IMG/VR virus record: IMGVR_UViG_3300025617_001484
Location: 8,790-72,789 of that record
Length of the DNA: 64,000 nucleotides
Source: a virus
Strand: one strand, 5' to 3'
The position numbers and the translations under genes were made by a program. How positions within the stretch are numbered: position 1 is the stretch's first letter; each line of letters begins with the position of its first letter. Shown here one piece after another: positions 27,268 through 36,527 of this stretch. Below the pieces are notes generated by a model. It was not told where the DNA came from, did not search any database, and saw only the letters and a list, made by a program, of their open reading frames with translations.

Positions 27268-28499
27268 AAAATTCTATAATCTAGATCCGGTGAAAACTTT
27301 CTCTTACCCCACTTCTCTATAGCTGCTAAATACTCCTCACCTTCCAGATCTCCATTTATAGATTGTTTCATAGCTAAAGCTCCCGCTCTAGTTCCCATTG
27401 GATGACCGTGCATTGCTCCACCTACGTTTGCCATCCAATCCACACTACTAAGTGTTTCGTTGATATATTCAACCAGACCCGGGTGCATACCACAGCTTAG
27501 TGCAGAAACTATATTATATTTCCAAAGAACTTCTAAAGCATCCCTTATCTCCTCCTCATCCTGGTTCATATATCCACCGACCATTCCAGCATGTATAGAG
27601 TCTACTCCAGACCAACCTGCAATCTTACATATCACTGGCCAATATATGTGATAAGGTGCCCTCCTGTCAGTAAAGAATTTATCACCACTTTTCTGGAAGT
27701 GTATCCAGAGATTTGGATTCTGTTTACGGATCGCTCTATAAACTCCAAGACCGCTCCACACGTTTATATGAATACCATTACCACCGTTATCAGCAACAAA
27801 TTTTGCCCTCTCAAGTGCATATGGGCTATCGCCATTTATACAAAAGCAGTATATAACGTCGGGTGCATTCTCTTTCAACCAAGATGTTATTAGTGGTACT
27901 CTTTCTTCGAGAGGACAGTGGGATGGATTAGCTAGAAGTTCGTCCTCTTTTATAAAGTTAACACCACCATACACCATCTCCTTCACAGCTTCTAGTAGTA
28001 TCTCAGGAGACATCCCGACCTTAGGCTTTATTATTCCACCAAAGAAGGGTTTTTCATATACCGAGTTGAACTTCCTAAATCCATCTATTCCGTATGCTGG
28101 CTTCAATCTAAAATTTTCTTCCACCATTTCGGGTAAAGTTATGTCCAATACGTTACATTTTTCAATCTCTTCTATATCAACCTGACCGCCAGCTATGTGA
28201 CATAGGATCTGAGAAATACCATCTTCCTCCAAATTAATATTTTCAAGAGGAAATGCAATTTTCACAATGCCCTCTTTTAATTTAGAAAGTTCCTCCTCGT
28301 TGGCCAAGATAAAGCAACTATGATCCATAAACATCTGGTCTGTTTCCCAGACACTCCTATTATTTGGATTTCCTATGCTTTGACCTATGGCTAAGTTCCA
28401 TGAGGCTTCTCTCAAAGATCTTTTTGAGCCCAAAAAATAAGTTACTATAAAATATTTTTCGAGTGATATCTGTTCAGGTTCTACAAAAATACTTATCAT
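27264..28499 (-). CDS. RuBisCO-like protein (form IV type)
   Basis: GIIKPKVG, GGVNFIKEDE, GVDSIHAG, LSCGMHPG, VGGAMHGHPMG; 411 aa. Confidence 0.92.
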   Translation of the reverse strand: MISIFVEPEQISLEKYFIVTYFLGSKRSLREASWNLAIGQSIGNPNNRSVWETDQMFMDHSCFILANEEELSKLKEGIVKIAFPLENINLEEDGISQILCHIAGGQVDIEEIEKCNVLDITLPEMVEENFRLKPAYGIDGFRKFNSVYEKPFFGGIIKPKVGMSPEILLEAVKEMVYGGVNFIKEDELLANPSHCPLEERVPLITSWLKENAPDVIYCFCINGDSPYALERAKFVADNGGNGIHINVWSGLGVYRAIRKQNPNLWIHFQKSGDKFFTDRRAPYHIYWPVICKIAGWSGVDSIHAGMVGGYMNQDEEEIRDALEVLWKYNIVSALSCGMHPGLVEYINETLSSVDWMANVGGAMHGHPMGTRAGALAMKQSINGDLEGEEYLAAIEKWGKRKFSPDLDYRIF

Positions 28500-28819
28500 T
28501 CAACTATAAATTTATCACCAGGTACTGATGGTGTTTTTACTATAAATACTTCGCAATCTTCAAGGAACACCGGATCTGCTATCTCATCTTTCCTTAAAAT
28601 AAAGATATCCCCACCATTCAATTCCTTTCCCTGTATAATCATCTTACCGGACCTAAGGAAATTTATTTCATCCGCCTCTTTATGATAATGTTTTGGCCAG
28701 GATTCTCCTTTAGAGTGATGTTTATAACAGATTTCAAAATCTTCTGTTTGATATGCGACTGGGGAAAAGTTTCCAGCATACCATCCACCTTTCATATCTT
28801 CTATTTTAAAAATTTCCAT
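28496..28819 (-). CDS. Cupin-fold protein
   Basis: GWYAGNF...HYHKEADEIN...GDIFIL...VKTPS. Confidence 0.8.
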   Translation of the reverse strand: MEIFKIEDMKGGWYAGNFSPVAYQTEDFEICYKHHSKGESWPKHYHKEADEINFLRSGKMIIQGKELNGGDIFILRKDEIADPVFLEDCEVFIVKTPSVPGDKFIVE

Positions 28820-29552
28820 CTTTAACGAGTTTTAAATAATATTCTAGATCATCTGGAGTTCCTATTGGAAAGTGAAGATTATAGAAATAAGGGAGGATTT
28901 TCTTTCCCTTTTTAATCATATAATTATAAGTTGGTGCAACATAGAATTCGTTGTTATACCTATCGTTGCATGATACCATCTCTTCAGCAGATTCAACAAA
29001 ACAAGAGCCTCTTTTCCATAAGTGCAATCCATTAGTTGCTATATTGGATATAACTATCTTCTCCTTTACCTCACAAACTTCGCCATTCGGGTCAAGTCTT
29101 ACGTAGCTATTCTTCTTAGAAGATGAGAGAAAACAGCCTAAAAGTCCATCACATCCGGTCGTTTCAACAAATCTAATTATATTATCCAGATTAAAATCCC
29201 CAATGATCTGATCACAATTTATAACTATAAGAGGATCCGAATTATCAATAGCTTCTTTTGCTACCAGGACAGTTGATGCAGGTCCTTCAGTAAGCTTATC
29301 TACAGAAAAAACACTTCCATCCACACAGATTTCAGAAATGTGATCTTCAAAATCAGAAATAGAAACATACTCCTCGTTTACAACAAATATAAAATTAGCA
29401 GAGGGATGCTGTAAATTTTTGATCACCGACTTTATCATCGATTCACCATTTACATCAATAAAAGGCTTTGGCTCTTTATACCCAGCATCTGAAAATCTTT
29501 TACCCGCTCCTCCAAGGGGTATAAGAATATTAATCTTCTTTGATCTTATCAT
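28806..29552 (-). CDS. Sugar-phosphate nucleotidyltransferase (NTP_transferase family)
   Basis: LIPLGGAGKRF...PKPFI, TEGPA, INCDQ, EK, NEFYVAP, GTPDDL. Likely start is ATG 29552. Confidence 0.85.
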   Translation of the reverse strand: MIRSKKINILIPLGGAGKRFSDAGYKEPKPFIDVNGESMIKSVIKNLQHPSANFIFVVNEEYVSISDFEDHISEICVDGSVFSVDKLTEGPASTVLVAKEAIDNSDPLIVINCDQIIGDFNLDNIIRFVETTGCDGLLGCFLSSSKKNSYVRLDPNGEVCEVKEKIVISNIATNGLHLWKRGSCFVESAEEMVSCNDRYNNEFYVAPTYNYMIKKGKKILPYFYNLHFPIGTPDDLEYYLKLVKDGNF

Positions 29553-30201
29553 ACAAGTACAAACAAATCCAGGTTGAGTCAATTATATCATCGAGAGGCT
29601 TATTTACGTTTCCCGATGGTGTTATCCACTCATCCTTATTTTCTTCAAGTACTTTAGTAAAAGATCCTAAATTAGTTTCTGTGAAATTTCTTTCAATAAG
29701 AGAACTGTAGAGCTCGTGTTTTTTTGCATTTCCCTTATATGCAAACTTTTTAATAGATGTTGGAGAAAAAACATGGAAGTTCTCGCTTCCGGTATGATCA
29801 ACTATTTTTTTTCTAAGAAGTGCGGTTGCCATAGAAATATCAATAAGAGCATTTCCGTTAGAGGCAAAACTTAGGCCCTCCATAGCAACTATAATATCAT
29901 CTCCAGAACATATGTTTTCAATCTCAGACCAGAAAGAATCGACTAATTCCTGGAAGTAATCTATTTTAATCCTTTCCCTTTCTGAGTATTCGTCTGGAAG
30001 CTTACTTTTTCCCATAAACATTAGTACAAAATCACCACTCTTATCTTCGGAAAGAACTGAATATGGCTTCTTCGAATTTTTCTTGAGCGATTCCGCTGTC
30101 CTTTCGCTCCGGGTTAAAGATCCCCAGGTAAATTCATTTTCTTTAAGTATACAAAAAGCGGGTGAGTTAAGGGAAAAATCTATTCCAACTAATGTTTTCA
30201 A
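29530..30201 (-). CDS. RuvC-like (RNase H fold) Holliday junction resolvase/nuclease
   Basis: VGIDFSLNSP, AMEGLS, PTSIKKFA..GNAKK, DDIIDS; TTG start. Confidence 0.75.
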   Translation of the reverse strand: MKTLVGIDFSLNSPAFCILKENEFTWGSLTRSERTAESLKKNSKKPYSVLSEDKSGDFVLMFMGKSKLPDEYSERERIKIDYFQELVDSFWSEIENICSGDDIIVAMEGLSFASNGNALIDISMATALLRKKIVDHTGSENFHVFSPTSIKKFAYKGNAKKHELYSSLIERNFTETNLGSFTKVLEENKDEWITPSGNVNKPLDDIIDSTWICLYLYDKIKED

Positions 30202-30241
30202 AATATATTGCTTTAATGTGCACTTTATATATCAACACAGA

Positions 30242-30289
30242 AAAGCCCTCATTTATTGAAGGCTTTGGCCTAAGGAGACTATCCTTAGG
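30242..30289 (-). terminator. Tandem hairpins, likely terminator
   Basis: AAAGCC...GGCTTT (30242-30266) and CCTAAGGA-gacta-TCCTTAGG (30269-30289), lying at the boundary of the structural and replication blocks. Confidence 0.55.
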
Positions 30290-30306
30290 GGGTTCTTGTA
30301 ATTAAA

Positions 30307-30504
30307 TTAAGCGGAAACTGAATAAACCTGTATTAAGATGTATTCTCCAGAAGGGAGTGTATCTAATACAGTTCTCCAATATAATGAACTTTGGTAGTCA
30401 TTTGATAAAAGTTGAGCAGCCGAAGCATCACTGGACCACCCAGAGGTAGTTTTATACTGTCCGTTTGATCTGTCTTGTATGATAAAATTTCCTGTTACAG
30501 TCAT
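30307..30504 (-). CDS. Small hypothetical protein
   Basis: 65 aa, A-rich upstream region. Confidence 0.6.
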   Translation of the reverse strand: MTVTGNFIIQDRSNGQYKTTSGWSSDASAAQLLSNDYQSSLYWRTVLDTLPSGEYILIQVYSVSA

Positions 30505-30508
30505 TTAT

Positions 30509-30754
30509 TTATAAAGATGGTTTTACAACTTCACCCTTTTTTCCAGTGTAGTTATAGTCATTAATAAGCTTATCGTAACATTTTTTCATCTGATCGTCCG
30601 TTAAGCAATCAACAATGTCATTCAATACTCTTTGGTCATTTCCAGAAGCTGCTACAAGCAAATCTTTCATATGTTGCTTAAGATCATCTTCACCGTACAT
30701 CGGCTGACCGTATTTCATTTCATTAATTTTGGTTAAATCTGAGAACTTCTTCAT
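30509..30754 (-). CDS. Small protein with capsid-targeting-like N-terminus
   Basis: MKKFSDLTKINE; GATATATA at 30776-30783. Confidence 0.7.
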   Translation of the reverse strand: MKKFSDLTKINEMKYGQPMYGEDDLKQHMKDLLVAASGNDQRVLNDIVDCLTDDQMKKCYDKLINDYNYTGKKGEVVKPSL

Positions 30755-30783
30755 TTCTTACTATTTTTTGTATTCTATATATC

Positions 30784-31344
30784 TTATCTTTCCTTACCAA
30801 TTTCAAGATCTAATCCAAGATAGTTGCATCTAAAGCCAACGTTAAAAGTATAGACTGAAGGATTATTTTGGGTATAATTCAAATTTAGCTCAGAAAAAGA
30901 AGTTAGTGTCACCTCTTTAAACATCACGGTTGTAATAATGTTCCCCTCGTTATCCAAAGTTCTAAGAGGTAAATTTTGAATATAAACCCCGGGATTCTTA
31001 AAATCTAAGTAATCTAGGAGTGTTTCCAACATTATAAAATAATTTACAAACCCCTCTGCTATTCTAAAAGAAATCTGAAATTCTCTATTGAATAAATCTT
31101 GTACTGGGGTAGCACTCTGATAGGTTATTCTTTTTCCTAAGTTTCTAACTTGCTCTGATGAATCCATACTCATCGAGGGAAAAGTAACGCTTTGTATGGT
31201 ACTATTCATATAAGAGGTCAAAGTATCATAAGGAGTTGGCTGCTTTTTCAAATAGTCAATATATTTCCTATGAACTACATCTGGAAAAAATCCCTTAGGA
31301 AATACGAAATAAAAGCTGTTTGCTCTTGCGTTTAATATAGCCAT
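30784..31344 (-). CDS. Tail tube-like protein (gp19/gp54-like fold)
   Basis: 186 aa, beta-rich; IQSVTFPS...LNLNY...TFNVGF pattern; lies at the end of the structural block. Confidence 0.5.
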   Translation of the reverse strand: MAILNARANSFYFVFPKGFFPDVVHRKYIDYLKKQPTPYDTLTSYMNSTIQSVTFPSMSMDSSEQVRNLGKRITYQSATPVQDLFNREFQISFRIAEGFVNYFIMLETLLDYLDFKNPGVYIQNLPLRTLDNEGNIITTVMFKEVTLTSFSELNLNYTQNNPSVYTFNVGFRCNYLGLDLEIGKER

Positions 31345-31371
31345 TTATAAAATTATTTTAATTTTCTTAAG

Positions 31372-33867
31372 TTACAAGGTGGGAAACTTTGCCCCTTGTG
31401 ATCCCCCAGAGGTACCACTTGTGCCGTTTGCACTTCCACTATCACTTCCACTTTGGCTACTAGTAGATCCACCACTAGCAGCAGATCCACCGTTAGTTTG
31501 TCCAGAATAAGTATTTCCATATCCGTCAAGTTGATAAATCTCCGAATTTGAAAATATTCCGGTTACAGCTTGTTTGAAAAGATCCTTTGAAATACCACCA
31601 TAAAGTTTATATCCGACAGAAGATGGGTCCAAGAAATAAGATAATATATCTGGAGTAGTCCAGTCAAGTGATTTTTTACCCTGAACGTCAGAAGCAATAG
31701 CATTCTTAATTTCAGAAGTAGAAAGTGAAGAGATTGCTGGTTGCTGATTTTGTATAAAACTAGTAGAAGCATTTGTACTAGAAACAAGTCCAATTTCATT
31801 GCTAGGTGTTCCAAATAACTGCCACGAGCTTTGACCAGTAAATAAGCTTTCAGCGCTTTGTCTGCTTTGGGCTATTGTTTGGAATAAAGGACTACGAGAA
31901 GCACGTGAAGTGTTAGACGTAACATTCCTTTTTGGAGGTGTTTCGTCCTCATTAATCCAATTACCCCAATACAGGACAGAGGATGAACTGGATGATATTC
32001 TTGCTCCATCTACATTAAGACTTGTTGTCTGTGCTCTAAGTTCCGTAATTGTATCATTTAAAGAAACAGACCTCTCAGAGAATTTTCTAGCAGCACTTGT
32101 TATCCTAGAAATTTTTTCGTTCGATCTTGACGTTGGGCTAGCAGAAACTCTAGGACTATTGGAAATATAAAACTTTCTATTAGTAAATTGGAGTATCTGA
32201 GAAGAGAGTGTTTCATCTACTTTAAAAGCGAGTTCACCCTTTGCAGGCTTAGCTATATTATTATCAACTATAGAGGGTGCTTTAACCTTATTGTTTTGGT
32301 TGTTAATAAAAACCATAGAAAAATCACCAGAAGAAGAAAGATCTATGTTTTTAATTGTTCCGTCGCTAGCTTTCTGAAAGAAGGTAAACTTATAGTAGTT
32401 GTCAAAAGGTGAAACAGTAATATAAGCCTGCCCAACACCATATGAAACAGCAGCATTGCCAGTAGTTTCATTATCAACATCATCTCTTATCTGTGTTCCA
32501 TCAACTACCAAGTTAGTCAAAGAAGTATTGACCAGATTTCTGTCAATGAAAACATTTGAAAATTTAGTAATCTGTTTTGGTGCAGGAGCATTAACGTTAT
32601 TCTGAGATGCTGAAATGTTAGTTCCCCCGGCTACCTTGTTATAGATCTTCTGTTGTTGTGGAAGAACCTGTAATTGCAGGGGTTGTATTTCAGCTCCATA
32701 TCTACTAACATCAGTTGATGTGTATGTTGCTATTCTAATGAGTCTAGATTGATCTTTATTATTAACCAAGGTCATAGTATACCTAAGAGTAAATGAAGAA
32801 GCTACTGAAGTATATCTAACTATAGGTCTTAATAAATTAGGCACATCATAAGCAGTAGTCTGTATATTACTGAAGTTAGATGTGTTTAAAAGTGCACCTC
32901 CAACCTGTTCCAAAGTTTCTATGGTGTGCTGTAAATAATAGCTATTACCTATAGAATTCTGGAATAAAATAAAATCCTCTGGAAATCCACCATCGTCGGT
33001 AGCAAAATATTCAAAATAATCACCCTGGTCTGATGGGGCTATGTAAGCTCCGATGTTTTTGAAAGGATCTGTAGATTCTAGAGAAAGAGCTGCCAGTAGA
33101 TTAACACCATAAGTTTCATAGCCATTAGTAGAGGTAGTATTTAATATTTCATAGGCTTTAATCCTTATCGGAGCTGCTGTCTGATATCCTCTACCACTTT
33201 TGCTAGTTAATCCTGCAAGAGTAAATTGTTTATTACTTGCTGAAGCCGCTGCATAGCTATTATTCATATCTACGAGACTGGGTATTTTAACCTCATAGTA
33301 TTTGTCATAAATATTAGATCCTATAGTAAGAGGACTTGGATTTAGTGCATAAGTCTGAGCAGAACCCTTAGATAACTTTATTTGTGAAAAGGTAACATAA
33401 GAACTATCAACGTCTAAATATTGGACTTGTAGGACTAGACCATCTATATTATTAAGATTGTATCCAGCAAGTATGTGATATCTAATAGAATCATAAATAA
33501 CATTAATATTGGAGGGAAATGTTATTTGCAGATTAGCTGTATCAGTAAGCTCTGAATTGAAATCATTATATGGAACTATTAAACCTGGATCGAGAGTAAT
33601 AAAAGAATTTGTATTAACCTGCACAACACTGTTATTTCTAGTGTTTTGTGTTACCGACTGGTTAGAATCCAAATTCATTATCTGGATATCATCCGAAGGT
33701 TGCCCATTGCTATCCCCAAGTACACCATTTACAAGCTTATTGAAACCAACAGCAGGAGAACCGGTATTTACAAAATAGGTCTCAGGATTTGGTTGGTCAG
33801 CATATCTATACTCCATTACTAAATAAGGAGCTAGCTGAACATATTTTGATGTAGTTGAAAATGCCAT
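31372..33867 (-). CDS. Virion structural protein
   Basis: 831 aa, Ser/Thr/Asn-rich with a Gly/Ser tail; structural context. Confidence 0.6.
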   Translation of the reverse strand: MAFSTTSKYVQLAPYLVMEYRYADQPNPETYFVNTGSPAVGFNKLVNGVLGDSNGQPSDDIQIMNLDSNQSVTQNTRNNSVVQVNTNSFITLDPGLIVPYNDFNSELTDTANLQITFPSNINVIYDSIRYHILAGYNLNNIDGLVLQVQYLDVDSSYVTFSQIKLSKGSAQTYALNPSPLTIGSNIYDKYYEVKIPSLVDMNNSYAAASASNKQFTLAGLTSKSGRGYQTAAPIRIKAYEILNTTSTNGYETYGVNLLAALSLESTDPFKNIGAYIAPSDQGDYFEYFATDDGGFPEDFILFQNSIGNSYYLQHTIETLEQVGGALLNTSNFSNIQTTAYDVPNLLRPIVRYTSVASSFTLRYTMTLVNNKDQSRLIRIATYTSTDVSRYGAEIQPLQLQVLPQQQKIYNKVAGGTNISASQNNVNAPAPKQITKFSNVFIDRNLVNTSLTNLVVDGTQIRDDVDNETTGNAAVSYGVGQAYITVSPFDNYYKFTFFQKASDGTIKNIDLSSSGDFSMVFINNQNNKVKAPSIVDNNIAKPAKGELAFKVDETLSSQILQFTNRKFYISNSPRVSASPTSRSNEKISRITSAARKFSERSVSLNDTITELRAQTTSLNVDGARISSSSSSVLYWGNWINEDETPPKRNVTSNTSRASRSPLFQTIAQSRQSAESLFTGQSSWQLFGTPSNEIGLVSSTNASTSFIQNQQPAISSLSTSEIKNAIASDVQGKKSLDWTTPDILSYFLDPSSVGYKLYGGISKDLFKQAVTGIFSNSEIYQLDGYGNTYSGQTNGGSAASGGSTSSQSGSDSGSANGTSGTSGGSQGAKFPTL

Positions 33868-33879
33868 TTTTATATTTGT

Positions 33880-34695
33880 TTATTTGCCAAACTGAAGAAT
33901 TTTAGGTGAATATGTAATACCTATTCCGATAATGGGACCTGCTTGATATCCTTCAGTTGTTAAAACCATACCATACCCAACATTTAATCCTATACCAAAA
34001 GGTTTCCTCGCCCCTCTTAAAGCTTTACGTGTTCCTGGATCATCTACCATATCAAGTGCCTGTATATCGTTAAATGAAATACCGGGAAATGATGTAGAAG
34101 CTCTTACAAAAAGTCTATCCGTTTTAGGATCTCTGTAAAGGCCCGTTACTAGATCGATCTTCTGTTCTATAGTCATATTAACACTACCTGGATTGATTAT
34201 TGACATTTCAATGCCATTAAGTGTAGTATCAATCATAGTATAAGGTAGTCTTCCACTTACTAGCAATCTATTAGTTCCTGGTAAAGCCGGATTGTATTTA
34301 AATCCAAGGTAACTAGTGTCCTTACCTATTTCATTCGCGACTGGGACTATTATGGAGGTATCCCTATAAATAACTTGGGTCTCTATTACAACCCCAGGTT
34401 TTTTATTATTAGCAAGCTCTAATTGTCTAATTAGAGATTCTTGCTCCTCTGAGAGTTCGCTGTATTTCAATTGGAAAGCAGATTTTTCTGCCAACACATT
34501 ACCGAGTTTTGACTCAACAGATCTAACGCTATCCTGCTCAGCAAGTAGGTTGTTCATATTTCTCTGAGCCTCTCTTTTAGCATCTTGAGAAATTCCACAC
34601 TGCCTAAAGAGTAGAAATGCAAGAATAACCACAGCAACAATCGGGGTTGCCTTACTATTGATTATACCATTTATTTTAGATAAGATGTTAATCAT
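33880..34695 (-). CDS. Membrane-anchored coiled-coil protein, possible spanin/lysis protein
   Basis: N-terminal hydrophobic helix ending LFRQC, a coiled coil, and C-terminal Gly-rich beta-strands (FGIGLNVGYG...IGIGITY). Confidence 0.5.
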   Translation of the reverse strand: MINILSKINGIINSKATPIVAVVILAFLLFRQCGISQDAKREAQRNMNNLLAEQDSVRSVESKLGNVLAEKSAFQLKYSELSEEQESLIRQLELANNKKPGVVIETQVIYRDTSIIVPVANEIGKDTSYLGFKYNPALPGTNRLLVSGRLPYTMIDTTLNGIEMSIINPGSVNMTIEQKIDLVTGLYRDPKTDRLFVRASTSFPGISFNDIQALDMVDDPGTRKALRGARKPFGIGLNVGYGMVLTTEGYQAGPIIGIGITYSPKILQFGK

Positions 34696-34928
34696 TTCAT
34701 ATAAATTAGTTTAAAAGGATCAAGATTACCCTCTCCATATTTCTCTCTCAAAGAGTCTACGAAATTAGATTCTTGCTCTCTCAGATCCTCAAGATCTTTA
34801 ATCAGAGACCCAGCTTTTGTATTTAGATATTCCATTTGACCCTGCACATATTCTATATCAGACCTAACCTCCGAGAATTTGATCTTTAGCAAATTGGCTG
34901 TATCCTTTTCTTTTTTTGTTAATTCCAT
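34692..34928 (-). CDS. Small coiled-coil protein
   Basis: 78 aa, ends L.EKYGEGNLD; 4-nt overlap with the next gene. Confidence 0.65.
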   Translation of the reverse strand: MELTKKEKDTANLLKIKFSEVRSDIEYVQGQMEYLNTKAGSLIKDLEDLREQESNFVDSLREKYGEGNLDPFKLIYMK

Positions 34929-34950
34929 CTTATTTCTATTTATCTAGTTA

Positions 34951-36519
34951 TTATGCTGGAAGGAATCCACCTCCGGGATCACCAGTTGAAGTGTCTACAG
35001 CAAAACCATAGGTTATCCACCCGCATTTATAATTATCATCAGAGAATGCCCGGTAGTGTAATTTATCATTATTTCTAAAGAAAGTAATTCTAATGTGCTG
35101 GCATCCCGCCTCTCCAGCTGTATTATCATCAATATATGTTACTGAAGTACCCAATCCAAATTCAGGAACTACTCTAATGCCACCAAAGGAATATGTCGAA
35201 GAGTTCATAAAGAAATCAAAGGTTCTACTTTCGATACCAATTAAAAGTCCGGACGCCCACGAAAAATTGGAACCTAGACTTAATAGGACTCTATTAGTCT
35301 TCCCGTTGGTACTAGGACTTCCAGAAGGTGGTGGGGTAATAACACAAATATCATTTGTTGGATTACCACAGAGTACATAAGAATTTGAACCCGCAGCTAA
35401 AAAATTCTGGGATGTTGTAGTAATTCCTTTAACCTTCTTAAGACCAGTAGCACCAACAGATCCAAAGATAAACTTGTTTTCCCTTTCTGAAGTAATAAGA
35501 CTCTGTCCAGTTGTATTTAAGATCTGTAGAAGTTCATCGCTTGTTGTTGATGATGACTCTATTTTAACACCATTACCAGAACCAGAAAGGCTTGCCAGCG
35601 GAACCCCCGGATTAACAGGGGCAGCAACATACCCGGTTCCCCCAGGAACAGAAAGTATAATATTAAGTTCAGATGAACTTAAATTTACTAAAGAAGAACT
35701 TAAGTTTAACAAATCTGAGGTGGAAAAAGAAAAAGCACCGCTAGTTCCAGTAGCACCAATAAATGACATAGTGTTCTGAGAAGAACCCACAACATTCTGG
35801 TTTGTTGTAGAAATGGACATACTTCCTCCAGTTGCGGAATATTCAGAGGAAAGACCACTCTGAAGTCTAATCTCAGAGGGGAATGTCCATGCGTGATCAT
35901 AAGAGCTTCCTGTCTGTTCCCATCTAAAGGAAACTATATTACCTGGAGATTGTGTCAAAAAGGTCTTTGCAAATCCGACTATAGGGAATTCACTTGTTTC
36001 AGAAGTATCTGTAGAGAGCATAACCTTTGAAAAGTTAGGATTCATGGATGAGGTTGCTCCTACAGCATCTGAAAGAATAAAATCGCTATCCCCAGGATTA
36101 TTGTTTATGTAAATTGCATTGTTGGAAGTGGAATTTCCAGGTCCTGAAATACCGGTTATAGTTGCAAAAACGCCAGAGGAAAGAAGTGTTTGCCCTGTGT
36201 AGACCCATGAACCAGAAGTATGTACATAGACTTTTTGTCCACCAGTGGCCCCAACATCTATCCAGATATCACCATCCTCAGAAGAATTACTAAGGGGTTC
36301 CGTAGTTGCAAAAAACCATTCGGCAGCTCTTTCTCCAGTAGCACCTGGAATACCATCACGACCAACCTGACCTCTGAGGCCAGTGACACCTACGTTCCCT
36401 ATCGGTCCTCTTTCACCAACACCATTGGAAAATACCTGATAAAAATTGTGATTTATCTTATTGATAATCGTATCCTTGTCATCACCTGGTAATATGTATT
36501 TTGTATTAAAATCTGCCAT
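34951..36519 (-). CDS. Tail fibre-like protein with short collagen-like segment
   Basis: Gly-X-Y run near the N-terminus; Ser/Thr-rich beta repeats; paralog of the adjacent gene. Confidence 0.7.
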   Translation of the reverse strand: MADFNTKYILPGDDKDTIINKINHNFYQVFSNGVGERGPIGNVGVTGLRGQVGRDGIPGATGERAAEWFFATTEPLSNSSEDGDIWIDVGATGGQKVYVHTSGSWVYTGQTLLSSGVFATITGISGPGNSTSNNAIYINNNPGDSDFILSDAVGATSSMNPNFSKVMLSTDTSETSEFPIVGFAKTFLTQSPGNIVSFRWEQTGSSYDHAWTFPSEIRLQSGLSSEYSATGGSMSISTTNQNVVGSSQNTMSFIGATGTSGAFSFSTSDLLNLSSSLVNLSSSELNIILSVPGGTGYVAAPVNPGVPLASLSGSGNGVKIESSSTTSDELLQILNTTGQSLITSERENKFIFGSVGATGLKKVKGITTTSQNFLAAGSNSYVLCGNPTNDICVITPPPSGSPSTNGKTNRVLLSLGSNFSWASGLLIGIESRTFDFFMNSSTYSFGGIRVVPEFGLGTSVTYIDDNTAGEAGCQHIRITFFRNNDKLHYRAFSDDNYKCGWITYGFAVDTSTGDPGGGFLPA

Positions 36520-36527
36520 CTCCTATA

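Noticed and set aside
27264-28499. True CO2-fixing RuBisCO (rbcL/cbbM) as an auxiliary metabolic gene
   Set aside because: E60, H294/R295 and K334 equivalents appear substituted, there is no small subunit or phosphoribulokinase nearby, and the context is sugar-nucleotide genes.
30242-30289. Structured ncRNA or riboswitch in the double hairpin
   Set aside because: It is only about 50 nt, matches no family I recognise, and its position is adequately explained by termination.
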